A stretch of 64,000 nt of DNA from Octopus vulgaris (taxonomy: Eukaryota), in assembly GCA_951406725.2 (NCBI GenBank), contig OX597824.1:38936001-39000000 (forward strand), written 5' to 3'. Below the pieces are notes generated by a model that was not told the DNA's origin, made no database searches, and saw only the letters and a program-made list of their open reading frames with translations. The position numbers and the translations under genes were made by a program. Position 1 is the first letter of the stretch. Each line of letters opens with the position of its first letter. Positions 37,861 to 51,612 of this stretch are shown piece after piece.

Positions 37861-39714
37861 CTGAAGCGAACAAATTAACAGGACATTTTGATATTGGTTT
37901 CAAAACTTGGCATAAGGCCAGCAAGTTCGGGGGAGGAGGTAAGTGCTCAACTGGTACTTATTTCATCGACGCCGAAAGGATAAAATGCAAAGTCAACCTC
38001 GGAGGAATTTGAACTCAGAACGAAATGCCGCGAAGAATTTTGCCCGGTGTGCTAACGATTCTGCCAGCTCGCTGCCTTAGTAGGACTTTTTAATATTAAA
38101 CATCAGACTAACAGTAAATTCGGCAATGCTAACTACTGTTGAATATTCAAACCCTTTTCTACAAAGATCACGAGAGGAAATGAAAGTAGTTCCAACGGAG
38201 AACCGAAATCCTATTAGGGAATGCAATGTACCGTTCACTTAGGTGTCTTAGTCCTACAATAACAACTTTCTCGTAGCCATGTGCGAGAACTTTCTCAGCA
38301 AGGTACTAAACTGTAACAGCATACAACACAATGATCAAGTTAATATAAATAACAAGCCACACAGTCCAACATCCTCTGACTAATTATCAATCAATAACAA
38401 TGACTAAAACAATAGTCTAACATAAGAGCATCCGATTCTGTAACCCATACCACACGTTACCAATTACGCATTCTATCCAATTGCCATCCAATAATATATC
38501 TAAACACACGATCTACCCAATGGTCATGTATGGAATATTTTTAATCAGAGATCTACTCAGAATTAAGTAACAAGTCTGTAGTTCTTTAATATCCCCTTCA
38601 TACCCTGTGGATAGGACCAACACCATTAATTTTTCTCTCTCTGACTGACTGACTATCTCTCTTTTCTTCCCCTACTGGGGTAGCCAAGTATTTCCTCGAT
38701 AAGAGACCTATCTCTATTCCTCTATAATATTCTAACCTCTCACCTGGCACAAAGCCATTTCCCTTGGTCCCACTTCCTCTTCCAGCTGAGAGGTCTTTGT
38801 CTCACAAGTTTCATGGCAACCCCACTGGTGTTGGTATCAGGTAGAAAGCACCAATGCTGGTGCCACATAAAAAGCACCCAGTACACTCTGTAAAGTGGAT
38901 GGCATTAGTAAAGGCATCAAACTGTAAAAACTGTGCTAAAGCAGGCAATGGACCCTGGTGCAGCTCTCTGGCTTGCCAGCTCCTATCAAACTGTTCAACC
39001 TATGCCAGCATGGAAGACAGACGTTAAATGATGATCATGGCACACACATGGAGATGAGTGAGAGGAATAAAAAAAATAACTCATGAAGTGACAGTCAGTA
39101 AAAGTGATGTAGTATGTATCAGGCAGTAAGACCAGGGGACCAATAACTCCAAGTTTTCATCTATTTTAGGTTACTTTAACCAACTAATATTACAGAAGTA
39201 ATATACAAGGTAACTCTATTGTGAAGTAATATATAAGGTACCACTATTATAAAGATACACTGAGTAAGTTTTATGAATGACTGAAATGACACAATGCTCC
39301 AATACTGAGTTAATGGTGACATCTGCAAGAGACAATATGATTATGTTGACATTTGTAGTAATCAATATGACTGTGTAAATGGTGTTATTTTTAGGACTCA
39401 GTCTAACTTGCTATCAGCTTAAGTCATATGATTCATGTCAAGAAACACAGCTGTCTACTGTTTGATGTGTATGTGTGTGTGTGTGTGTGTGTAACTTTTA
39501 TCTTTTACTTGTTTCAGTCATTAGACTGCGGCCATGCTGGGGCATCGCCTTGAACAATATTTCCCCCTTTTTTTTTTTAGTTGAATGAATTGACACCAGT
39601 ACTTATTTTTGTTAAGCCTGGTACTTTTCTATTGGTTTCTTTTGCTGAAATACAAAGTTACAGGGACATAAACACTCCAGTGTCTATTGTCGAGCAGTCA
39701 AACACAAACACACA

Positions 39715-39762
<48 letters not shown>

Positions 39763-40877
39763 TTTCTTTCAGTTTCCATATTTCAATTCACAAGGCTTTG
39801 GTTGGCCCAGGGCTACAGTACAAGACATTTGCCTAAGGTGCCACACAGAGGGACCGAACCTGGAACTATGTGGTTGGGAAACAAGCTTCTTACCACACAG
39901 CCACACATGCACCATATATATCAACTAGCTGAATAGCTCGTTGTTACCAGGCAATTTTTACAATAAAATGTCTTACATAAATTTTTGTTTATTCCATGTT
40001 AGACCATGCCTTCCTTGACAGAGAAGCTTCTTGATCAGGACAGATTTGTGCAATGTAAAGCAGATGTACAAATGATGTGTGTGTGTATCATGGAAAAGCC
40101 GATGTTAAAATGACGATGATGATGATGATATATATGATCTTCACTTTAAGGTCCACTTTTCCACGGGTCATACAGGATTTGTTGAGGTAGATTTCCTACA
40201 GGCATATGCCCTTCCTTTATTCAACCCTCACCCGTGTCCAAGTAAAGTAATACTTCTCCGAGACCAGACACATTTCCATGAATTTGGAAAGGACACTGGT
40301 TGCATGATAGTGATGCCGGTTTATTACCATCGCATGATGTCAAGATAAAGGTACCCAACAAAAATGTACACACACACATATATATAGATGGTGGGTTTCT
40401 ATCAGTTTCTGCCTAATACAACCATTCAAAAGATATAGTTGACCTGGAACTCCAGTAGAAGACACTGAAGGTACCACAGAGTGGGCCTGAACCAAAGAGC
40501 ACATAGTTGAGAAGAAAAGGTTCTAAATTATACAGCCACACACGCCTATCAACAAAATAAACAAATAATTCCTTAAAATTATAGAACCACTTCTAACTCT
40601 AATAACTATCAGACTTGCTTTCTAGAAATTGTTCTCTTCAGATTAAGATTGGTTCCGTGTGAGCAATTTTAACACCTATTCTACCTTGAATTGTGTTTTC
40701 TTTAATTCTATTCCCTCACCCCATGATAAAGTTGTTAAAATACCACTAGAGGAGTAAAGGTACATATATATATTTATATCTTTCTCACAGAGGAATGGTA
40801 AGAACTCAAAATGTTAGAGTCATCACTGTGTGTGTGTATATAATTGATGATGGAAAAGGAAGGCAGATTTAATATGA

Positions 40878-41158
40878 ATCTTTATTCAGAACAACAATTG
40901 TTTCAATCCATCCTGCAGCTGCCCCTTAGGGGTAGGATATTGTGCATCTAGTCGTGTTGCATCAATCTGTGCAGGCTGTGTCACTTCAAGTGCTTGGTGT
41001 GAAAAAAAAAAGGATACCCCACTAGATATTTTTACACCAAGCACCTGAAGTGATACAGCCTGCACTGATTGATGCAACACAACTAGTTGCACAATATCCT
41101 ACCCCTAAGGGATAGCTGCTGGATGGGTCGAAATGATCATCATGCTGAATAAAGATTA
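40878..41158. repeat. ~130-bp inverted repeat with ~20-nt spacer (Penelope-like pLTR foldback)
   Basis: 40878-41005 vs 41026-41158 are reverse complements (roughly 85-90% by eye); each ends GAAA..CTGAATAAAGATT. Confidence 0.85.
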
Positions 41159-41326
41159 ATACAAAATCCATCCTTTGTTCTTACTATTATAAACTCAACA
41201 AACACTGCAGATTTCCTGACAGATCCATTGAAAATTGTATCATAACTGTGGATGACATCAGGAACGTGCTTTAATACTAATAGACACATAACCAAAGTCC
41301 AAATAGTTACATATATATATCTATCT

Positions 41327-41430
41327 ATGTTCGTCCTTCGGGTTCGAAGATGACCATTGACATCATTTGGTGGAATTACTGCTATGAGACCGGAGGTGAC
41401 TGGTGAGGCCAATCCGGGCAAGAAAGCCCA
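41327..41430 (-). mobile_element. RTE (BovB-like) LINE 3'-end fragment
   Basis: Minus strand reads ARIGLTSHLRSHS, the typical RTE C-terminal motif. Confidence 0.7.
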
Positions 41431-42452
41431 TATCAATCATCATCATCCTTGTTTAACATCCATTTTCCATGCTAGCATGGGTTGGATGGTTCAACTGGGA
41501 TCTGGGAAGCTAGGAGGCTGAGCCAGGCTCCAGTCTGATCTGGCAGTGTTTCTACAGCTGGATGCCCTTCCTAATGCCAACCACTCCGTGAGTGTAGTGG
41601 GTGCTTTTTATGTGCCACCGGCACAGGGGCCAGAGGAGGCTGGAAAATGGCCAGGATCAGTTGGTGCTTTTTACCTGTCACTGACATGGATGCCAGTCAG
41701 GCAGTGCTGGCATCAGCCACGATCGGAAGGTGCATTTTATGTGCCACCAGCACACACACACACACAAACATGATAGCATATATTTCTTTCACACTCTTAA
41801 TTAACTGTAATAAAACCTTGTGCTATACAACAAAATGAATGTTGTTTATGAAGGTATATTACTGAGATTAGGAATATATTGCGAATGAGATGCTAACCAT
41901 TTAAAATAACCAGGCACAGGTGCCAGTGACATGTATAAGACACCCAGTACACTCTGTGGAGTAGTTGGCATTAGGAAGGGCATCCAATGTGGGCAAAACA
42001 GACTGGAGCCTGGTGCAGTTCTCCAGCTTACCGTCTCTGGTCAAACTATCTAACTCATGAAAGTATGGGAAATGGATGTTAAATTATGATGATGATGTGT
42101 GGTTAGTGAGTTAGCTTCCCAACCATATCGTTTTGGGTTCAGTCTTGCAGCATATCACCTTAGATAAGTGTCTTCTAATATAGCTCCATGCCAACTAAAG
42201 CTTAACCTTTTGGGATTTAAACAAGCTGTATCTGGTCAAAATATTCTACTTGTCCTATGTTTAAACTGGCCAGATTCTGGTCTCCCACACCAACACTACA
42301 ATGTCCTTCTAAAAATTAAGAATTACTTAGTCAAAATCCCAAAGCTACAAAATAATGCATGATTAATTCAAAACAATGGAAATAAATATCATTTTTGACA
42401 GAATAACATGAATGCTAAAGGGTAGATGAATGGATTGGGTAGACAGAATCTG

Positions 42453-42690
42453 AAAGGCAGCGAGCTGGCAGAAACGTTAGCATGCCGGGCGAAATGCTTA
42501 GTGGTATTTCATCTGCCGTTGCGTTCTGAGTTCAAATTACGCTGAGGTCGACTTTGTCTTTCATCCTTTTGGGGTCGATAAATTAAGTACCAGTTACACA
42601 CTGGGGTCGATGTAATCGACTTAATCCGCTTGTCTGTCCTTGTTTGTCCCCTCTATGTTTAGCCCCTTGTGGGCAATAAAGAAATAAGAG
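42453..42690 (+). mobile_element. Abundant SINE copy, nested in another SINE
   Basis: AAGGCAGCGAGCTGGCAGAAACGTTAGC ... GGGCAATAAAGAAATA. Confidence 0.85.
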
Positions 42691-43389
42691 ACTGAAAGAA
42701 GCCTTTTGTATATATGTGTGTGTGTCATCGTCATTGTTTAATGCCCGTTTTCCATGCTAGCATGAGTTGGATGGTTCGACTAGAGTCTGGGAATCCAGGA
42801 GGCTGTGCCAGGCTCCAGTCTGATCTGGCAGTATTTCTACAGCTGGATGCCCTTCCTAACACCAACCACTCTGTGAGTGTATTGGGTGCTTTTTACGTGC
42901 CACTGGCACAGGGGCCAGAGGAGGCTGGCAAATGGCCATGATTGGTTGGTGCTTTTTACATGTCACCGACATGGAATATATATATATATTTACATGTATA
43001 TGTGTGTCTCATTGTTTTGACATTGTGTGATAGTTGTAAATGAGTGTAACTGTTACACAAGCAGTGTCATTCACTTCCAATCTTCTGTGCAAACATTTCT
43101 GGCCTTCGTGAAGTATTACCCATGTTTGGAAACAAGTGAGGATTGGTGACACGAAAAATCTCTCCAATTCATGCCAGATGGAAAAGTGATTGTTATAAAT
43201 GATGACGAAGAAGCAGCTTGCCATGCAATAGTCACTTCATGGATTTGCTATAGAAGGTAATTAAATTTTCGTGTATATAATCAACCACTTCAAAATTGGA
43301 GTGAATGTGTTTGGTGAAATGCTGGAAAAGCAGTTTTGCAGAATAAGGAATAAGTTAGAATAAAGTTAGGATTAAATAAACTAATAGTA

Positions 43390-43770
43390 GGCGCAGGAGT
43401 GGCTGTGTGGTAATTAGCTTGCTTACCAACCACATCGTTCTGGGTTCAGTCCCACTGCGTGGCACCTCGCGCAAGTGTCTTCTACTATAGCCTCGGGCTG
43501 ACCAAAGCCTTGAGTGGATTTGGAAGGTGGAAACTGAATGAAGCCCATCGTATATATGTATCTGTATATATATATGTGTGTGTGTGTTTGCGTGTCAGTG
43601 TTTGTCCCCCACAACATTGCTTGACAACTGATGCTGGTGTGTTTACGTGCCCGTAACTTAGTGGTTCGGCAAAATAGACCGATAGAATAAGAACCAGGTT
43701 TACAAAGAATAAGTCCTGGGGTTGATATGCTCGACTAAAGGCGGTGAAACAAGTAAAAGAGTAAAGAGTA
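43390..43770 (+). mobile_element. tRNA-derived SINE with internal (TA)/(TG) microsatellite
   Basis: GGCGCAGGAGTGGCTGTGTGG..GGGTTCAGTCCC..AAGTAAAAGAGTAAA; same family at 59534-59942 (-), 61732-62125 (+), 39500-39910 (-). Confidence 0.88.
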
Positions 43771-45967
43771 ATAATAATAATAATCCTTTCTACTATAGGT
43801 ACAAGGCCTGAAATTTTGGGAGAGGGGACTAGTCAATTACATCAACCCATGTGCGTAACTGGTACTTATTTCATCGACCCCCAAAAGGATGAAAGGCAAA
43901 GCTGACCTCATAAAATGAAATCTTGGCACAACAATTTCAGTGGAGGGGAAGTAAGTTGATTATATCAACCCCAGTGTTCAAATGGTACTTATATTCTCCA
44001 AAAGGATGAAAGGCAAAATTGACCTAGGTGGAATTTGAACTCAGATAATAAAGATGGACAAAATGCCACTTAGCATTTTGTCTGACATGCTAATGATTCT
44101 GCCAGCTTGCCACCTTAATAATAATAATAATACTTTCTACTATAAGCACAAGGCCAGAAATTTAAGGAGAGGGTGTAATCAATTATATTAATTCCAGTGC
44201 CCAACTGGTACTTATTTTATTGACGCTGAATGAATGAAAGGCAAAGCCAGCCTTGGCAGAATTTGGACTCAGAATCATCATCATCATCATCATCATCGTT
44301 TAACGTCCGCTTTCCATGCTAGCATGGGTTGGACGATTTTGACTGAGGGCTGGCGAACCAGATGGCTGCACCAGGTTCCAATCTTGATCTGGCAGAGTTT
44401 CTACAGCTGGATGCCCTTCCTAACGCCAACCACTCCGAGAGTGGAGTGGGGGCTTTTTACGTGCCACTGGCATGGGTACCAGTCAGGCGGTACTGGCAAT
44501 GACCTCACTTGAATCTTTTTAAAGACAAATGAAATGCTACTAAGCATTTTGTCTGGCATGTTAACAATTTTGCCAGCTCACTGCGTTAATAATGATAATA
44601 ATAATGGCTTCAAATTTTGTCACAACGCCATCAATTTCGTGGGAAGAGGCTAGTCAGTTACATCAACTCCAGTACTCAACTGGTACTTATTTTATTGACC
44701 CTGAAAGGATGAAAGGTAAAGCCAAACTCAGCAGAATTTGACCTCAGAATGTAAGACGAAATGCCACGAAGCATTTCGCCAGGCATGCTAACGATTCTGC
44801 AAGCTAATATGTTTCTTATATAGATATTTTGCTGAAATTTTGTTGGGTGGGTTAAATAAATCCAGCACTTAAAAGGCATTTATTTTATCAATTCCAGAGG
44901 GATAAAAGTCTAAACTGGTCCAAGAGAAATTTCAACTTGGACGTAAACAGTACGAACAAAACTATGAGGCATTTCGTCCAATCTATCAATTGCGTATGAT
45001 AAGTAATGAAAATAGAAAAAAAAAAAAAAATTAAATGCACTTCTAATCAAGCTTGTAACAGGCCGAGGTGACATTTTAAGTAAACTGAAATCGGTACCAG
45101 TTGTATAAATAAAGTTTTCGATGAATTGCTGGATGCATTAGAGGACTACTTTTCAAGGCGGAGTGCATGCTGGACTGGTGGGGTGTGGCAATTTCAGAAT
45201 GGGACGTAAGTAACAAGTAAACAAAACTTAACAGTAAAGTTTTGATGGAAGCTACTTTTGAATAACACGTAGATGTCAAAGACTTTGCTCAAGGTTCGGG
45301 GTGGGAGTATACGAAGCGGTGTATCGGACAAAATAAAAAAAAAAAGTTGAGAAACACAGCATTGGAGTGTAGGACAAAACACGTCGCAATATTTGTACCA
45401 ATTCTCTATGATCTGAGTGTGGGGATGGCAAATTTACTACGTCGTCTGGTTTAGCACCGTCTTCGGGTGTCTTTAATAGATATCGCTCTTTTGTAAGCAC
45501 GAGGCCCAGGTCCCCGGGTTGAGGACTTTCTTCCCGTTCTACTAGAGTCTTAGTGTATGGGGATTTTATCGGCACTGTCGTTCCTTCACTCTTTGAGTAA
45601 GCGATAGGAGAAAATGTATGAAGAAAAAAAAACCGTAATTTTAGGGGTGTCTGTCTTACGTTACGTACACAGTATTCCAAACAACTAGATCCATTTTATT
45701 AAGCATTTCAGCCATATATATATATATATATATATGGCGATGTTTCGTCTTTGGTACCGCTAAAGAAGAAACATCTCTCTATACATATAAGAAATCAAGA
45801 AATCCCTGTAGCGAACTGTTCGTTAAAAGTTTACGACTATAGCAGTCAACCAACAGCCATTACTTAACTAATACAACGAACATAACTAAACGACAGTCTG
45901 AAGAGCAAGGAGAATATTAAACTCTTTTCGCTAAATTAGTCCATTTTAGTGTTGCTAATTAACTTAC

Positions 45968-45997
45968 TTGGTCTCCGTGAAAATCCACGTCAGCCAT
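45968..45997 (-). CDS. YIPF6: YIPF6 exon 1 (MADVDFHGDQ)
   Basis: ATG at 45997, 10 codons, then a GTAAGT donor; phase 0 matches exon 2; lies in a CpG-retaining promoter-like region. The peptide is poorly conserved, so the link rests on phase and context. Confidence 0.75.
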
Positions 45998-46075
45998 GTT
46001 TACGAAGGAAGTTTGTGTTTACGTAAGTACGCATGCGTCAAACTTCATCGTAAACTTTTGACGCATCTAACAGGT
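45998..46075 (-). promoter_or_regulatory. YIPF6 proximal promoter / 5' UTR
   Basis: CpG-containing unique sequence directly upstream of the ATG, with palindrome ACGCATGCGT (NRF1-like), GGAAGT (ETS-like) and a 10-bp inverted repeat ATGCGTCAAA/TTTGACGCAT. Confidence 0.5.
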
Positions 46076-46291
46076 TACTTGATCTGCTAAAAATAGCAGC
46101 CAAAAATCTCATTCACATTGCACTTCTCGCCTTCTGTTGGACAGTGCAGTTCTTGATATACCTGAATTAGTTACTCAGGCATTGAACTGGCAGAATCATT
46201 AAAGTGTTGGACTGAAGGTTTAGCGGTATTTATTCCACCCTCCCTTTCATCAGGAGGCTCTGTAAAGGGTTATAAACATGCATTCTTGACT

Positions 46292-46329
<38 letters not shown>

Positions 46330-46757
46330 TACATACATACATGCATGCATACATACATACATACGTGCTCGAATATGCATATGTATGTGTAAGCATTTAT
46401 ATATATATATATATATAATAATATATATATATTCTTTTATTACTTGTTTCAGTCATTTGAATGTGGCCATGATGGAGCACCACCTTAGTTTGAAAGGTTT
46501 TATATACAAATCGGACCCAGAACTTTTTTTAAACCCGAGTACTTATTTTATCGTTCTTTGGCCGAACGGTTAGGGTTACGGGGACGTAAGCGCAACAACA
46601 CTGGTAGCAAAGCGGTTATGGGGTGACACACACGTGTGTATATGCACACATATGCAAATGCGAGTGTGTGTAAATATATACATATATAATGTGCGTGTGT
46701 GCGTGTATGTACATGTGTGGGTTTGTCTGTCTGTCTGTTTGTCTATCTGTCTTTCTT

Positions 46758-46816
<59 letters not shown>

Positions 46817-46898
46817 GTCTGTCTGTCTGTTTTTTTATTCATCTAGCTATGCATGTATGTGTGTGTATTTGTACATACATACATATATACATACATAC

Positions 46899-46956
<58 letters not shown>

Positions 46957-47439
46957 GCATGTATGTATATAAATATGTGCGTGTGAGTGTGTATGTATAT
47001 GTATATATGCATAGATAATTATATATATGTATTTATATATACACACACACATGTATATGTATGTATATATGTATGCATGCATATATGTATGTATGTATAT
47101 AAAAATATATGTGCGCGCGCGCACGTGTATGTGTGTGTGTGTGAAAGAGACGTAATAGTTCTGGCCAGAATATCATCGATCAAAGGTCGTCTGCTCCAAT
47201 CATGATTTGGGCGTGTTTAGTAGGAAGATTGTAATGATGTATCCGGTTATCAGGTTACATACTGTAGCACATGTAACAAATCCTGTGACACAATGTGACA
47301 TACACTGTAACACGTTAATCAATAAATTTGTATTTGGTGACTATTTTTTTAATACAGGGAGTTTAACGTTGGTGTATTAATAATTCCAGGGAGAGAACTC
47401 TTGCAAATCAAAGTAAGACAACGTAATATATAGTGTAAT

Positions 47440-48416
47440 GTTCAGACGGACGAGTAAATACGAGGTGCCCCAAAATTAATTATGATTTGAGTGAAATCGG
47501 ACGAATTCTTATAGAACTCACTTTTATTTATGTTTATCAATTTCAAAATGTGTTAAAAGTGTATAAACTTTGAATTTTGTTTATAATTTTATAATTTTTA
47601 TAATTTTTTTTTGTAATCTATTTTCATTCCTGTTGCACCCCTCTTATTTGTCCCCTACAGCTTTTTTTTCCATTTGGCAGCAATCATTTTCTTTACTTCC
47701 ACCCCCAAGATGGAGCAAGCGTTTAGCTGAGCTTAAAGAACACATTCAGTTAGCGTTGCAGGAGCTAACTTCTGAAATGCTTCAAAAATGTGTTTCGCAA
47801 CGCTAAGGAAAGATTTGAAGCATTAAGGTGGCGAGATGGCAGAATCGTTAGCACGCCGGACGGAATGCTTAGCGGCATTTCGTCTTCCGCTACGTTCTGA
47901 GTTCAAATTCCACCGAAGCGACTTTGCTTTTCATCCTTTCGGGGTCGATTAAATAATTACCAGTTACGCACTGGGGTCGATATAATCGACTTAATCAGTC
48001 TGTCTTGTCCTTGTTTATCCTCTCTGTGTTTAGCCCCTTGTAGGCAGTAAAGAAATAGGTATTTCGTCTGCCGCTACGTTCTGAGTTCAAATTCCGCCGA
48101 GGTCGACTTTGCCTTTCATCCTTTCGGGGTCGATTAATTAAGTACCAGTTACGCACTGGGGTCGATATAATCGACTTAATCCCTTTGTCTGTCCTTGTTT
48201 GTCCCCTCTATGTTTATCCAATTCCGGGCAAAAAAATAAAAAAATAAGGAAAGATTTGAAGTATGCAGGGATACAAACGTATTGAAAGTTTTCAATAAAA
48301 GTTTGAAGTAAGATTTATAAAGCTATTTCTTTTGATAAGATAATTAAGTAATAAATATAAAATTTTGTCTTTTTTTTTTATAAAATTTGCAGAGAGTTGA
48401 TTCTGGAACACCCTGT
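47440..48416 (+). mobile_element. Tc1/mariner remnant carrying a tandem SINE dimer (47825-48245)
   Basis: LAELKEHIQLALQELTSEMLQKCV resembles a transposase C-terminal helix; end CTGGAACACCCTG|TA; AAGGAAAGATTTGAAG duplicated around the SINE dimer. Confidence 0.55.
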
Positions 48417-48619
48417 ATGGTGTAGCGTTGTTAGTTGTTGCGTTACTCGAGTAAATATTAAAATCAAAGGTCTTCTCGCCGTAAACATCCTATCCTTTTG
48501 TTAAGCATATTGTATCAAGGAGTATATTATCCAAAAAGTATCTCTCCTTTATAGGCGTGGCTATGTGGTTGAGAAGATTGCTTTCCAACCATATCACCTT
48601 GGGTTCAGTCCTACTGTAC

Positions 48620-48704
<85 letters not shown>

Positions 48705-48743
48705 GTATATATATATATGTATATATGTATATATATATATGTA

Positions 48744-48793
<50 letters not shown>

Positions 48794-48851
48794 GTATATA
48801 GATATGTATGCATATATATGTGTATATGTATGTATATATATATATATATAT

Positions 48852-48900
<49 letters not shown>

Positions 48901-49636
48901 CGTGTAATAATAATGGGGGCGATTTGCTCGACTAAAGGAAGTGCTCCAGCATGACTATAGTCTACTGACTAAAACAAGTGTAAAAGAATATGGGCGAAAT
49001 AGCCATCAGAGACACTTTGCCCTCGCAGAAGTTGTAGGAGCCACACAGACGTATTGCAATTTCTTCAGGTGCTGACTAAAGCAATCACAACGTCGTAAAC
49101 TCTTCTGCAGCAACAGCAGATATTTCAGGGGCACAAGCGTTTCGCCTCTTTGCCTGTACGCTTAACCTGAGATGGGGAAACGAGGGCCGAATTAGCTTTC
49201 ACAAACCGTAGTGTTTCACCTACGGTTTCTTGTCAACTATAACTGCTTTGAATTGGTTTCTCTCAATTGTTTGGGTTCCATATCAAACTTCTGCGGGGAA
49301 ATAGCGCACCAATCCATCAGTAAAAACTGCAGCAGCCAATTTCAGTAAATATAATGATGAAGTACGCCATACCTTGATTAGTATTTCATCAAACAATTTC
49401 GTTTCCTTCAGCCGGTTATTCGAGACAATTTTGGTTACCTTTTCTAACAGAGTATAGACTTTGTCGATGGCGCTCGAACATGTGGATGGAAATTTGTAGT
49501 TGAGACATTACTCACCCGCACTGGTTGTCAAGCAGCGGCATGCCAGGTGAACAAACACAGACACACGCACGCACTATCCGTCCTTGTTTTCTTTATATCA
49601 TCTAGCTGGATGTTTTGTTGTCCCATTTTGTATGTT

Positions 49637-49677
<41 letters not shown>

Positions 49678-49679
<2 letters not shown>

Positions 49680-50040
49680 AACAGCCCTTCTTATCTTGTT
49701 TTTCCCTGTCCTGTCTTTTGCTGTTTATATTTTTGTACTGTCGTTACTGTCCTGTTTTTTTTACCATTTTTTACCCCTCTGCGAAAAGATCTCAGAATTT
49801 TAATTGATTTGCTTTTCGCAGGAAGGAAAGTTTCTTGTCGAAGATACGTCTCGCTTTTATCCTTCGAAACGTAGAGTAGATGAAACCATAGCGACTGAAG
49901 AAGGGGTTTTTTCTTTGTGTTAATTGTCCTGTACTCCATTTTTTTGTTGTTTTTAAAAAAATGTCCAGTTCCTTTAGTTTGTGTCTATGTTTTCGTTTCT
50001 CGTTGTGTTCGACGTCCCTTTGGTGTCCTGTACTCATATA
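49678..50040 (+). mobile_element. Penelope-like pLTR remnant in (TA)n
   Basis: Flanked by (TA)n; degenerate hammerhead-like TTGTCGA...CTTCGAAACGTAGAG at ~49831-49876. Confidence 0.45.
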
Positions 50041-50117
50041 TGCGTGTATATGTACATGTAGAGGTAGGTACGTACATATATGTTTATATATATGCATATG
50101 TTTTATTTCATTTATTA

Positions 50118-50184
<67 letters not shown>

Positions 50185-51254
50185 ACGGGCGTCTTTCTGT
50201 TTCCGTCAATCAAATCCACTCACAAGGCTTTGGCCGGCCCGAGGCTTTTACTAGAAGATACATCCCCATGCAGTGGGACTGAACCCGGAACTATGTGGTT
50301 GGGATGCAAACTTCACCTATGCATGCGCCTTTAAACACTGCGTTTATTTATTTACCTGCTTGTGTGTTTATTGTTTTAACATGCCTGATCTGTTCTTAAT
50401 TATGTTAAGTAAAATGTTTGAGGAAAACTCGAAGAAAACCATTTTTAATATGTTATGACGCAAAACTATGATAAAAAGAATACAGTATTCTTTGCTAGCA
50501 ACAACAACGGCAACAAAAACAAGAACAAAAGCAACAGCAGCAACACCAGCAACAACAAGAACGGAAATGATTTGATTTGTTGTTATTGCTGAATGGTTAA
50601 CATTAAATTAAAAACTTAGCGGAATGGAATATAATTGATTAAAATAATCTCAATGCACCGTCAGTTCCAATAACCTTCAAAAGCAGAATTATCAATAATT
50701 TTAGTTTTTAAATCTCCAAATAGCATCTCACTTACATCTAGCAAAGTACAAAAAAATGTATAATGGATAAATTTTTATAAAAAAATGTTTCTTTATGGAA
50801 TATACATATCATTTCTAATATCAAAGATGAAGAGTAATAAAACTTTAGCTGTTGATTGATAAATTTATGATCGTTCTTGGTGCTGTTCTTTGAATTTCTG
50901 AACCAAGGAAGAAAGATCCTATCTCTAGTCTAGAAACAAGACTCTTTCATTGGAATTTATACAACATCAGATTAGTCTTGTATGTTCTTTTTCTCTCTTT
51001 AATTCTAGAGTAAATTTTGACCATCACTGACTTGGTAACAAGGTTGTAAAGGAAAGTATCTTGTTTTAACCATCTTTTTAAATCTTGCAGATTTTTATTG
51101 TCCCAGATATCGTGATCATTGGTAGCATATGAATTAAAGATTTGCATTCTCTCATCAAAATCCCAAGTTCAGTCAAACTCTGCTCCAGACGGGTTAGTAT
51201 GTATCCTATCGCTCCAAGATGTATATATATATATATATATATATATGTATGAAA

Positions 51255-51612
51255 GATGAGCTCAACAAAAATGTATATTCAGATGAATATAGTACTTAAG
51301 TTGAGGCTCCAGAATATGGTACGGTATTATCCATGCAATTTCAAAATAAGCTGATTGAAATCAAAATAAGAAACAAGGATATCCAGAGGTAATGCAGTAC
51401 GATCGTTTCATGCAACTCCATTTAATTTAAGAATGCAATCATTACATCAATTTAAAATATAGAGCAATCTTCAGGTGCACAAAGACATAGAATTTAATTA
51501 AATTAGAACAGATGGACACATTAGTATAATTATACCTAAAATCTCAAAGAAGTTAAAGTGATAGACAAAGAACAGCATACAGCACATCTACAACAGCATA
51601 GCCGTAACTCTA
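51255..51612 (-). mobile_element. Penelope-like pLTR remnant; partial inverted copy at 53512-53640
   Basis: Between (TA)n and (TATG)n; minus strand CTGAAGA..TGC...GCA.GAAACGATC; 51392-51520 is the reverse complement of 53512-53640. Confidence 0.55.

Noticed and set aside
38254-38280. Alternative coding first exon ATGGCTACG...
   Set aside because: Reaches TAG after 8 codons with no good donor site.
45191-45212. Plus-strand micro-exon TTTCAG-AATGGGAC-GTAAGT, or an overlapping antisense gene
   Set aside because: No partner exons found on the plus strand; may be chance.
45276-45680. 134-aa ORF in intron 1
   Set aside because: Non-ATG start and no recognisable motif; likely a by-product of higher GC near the promoter.
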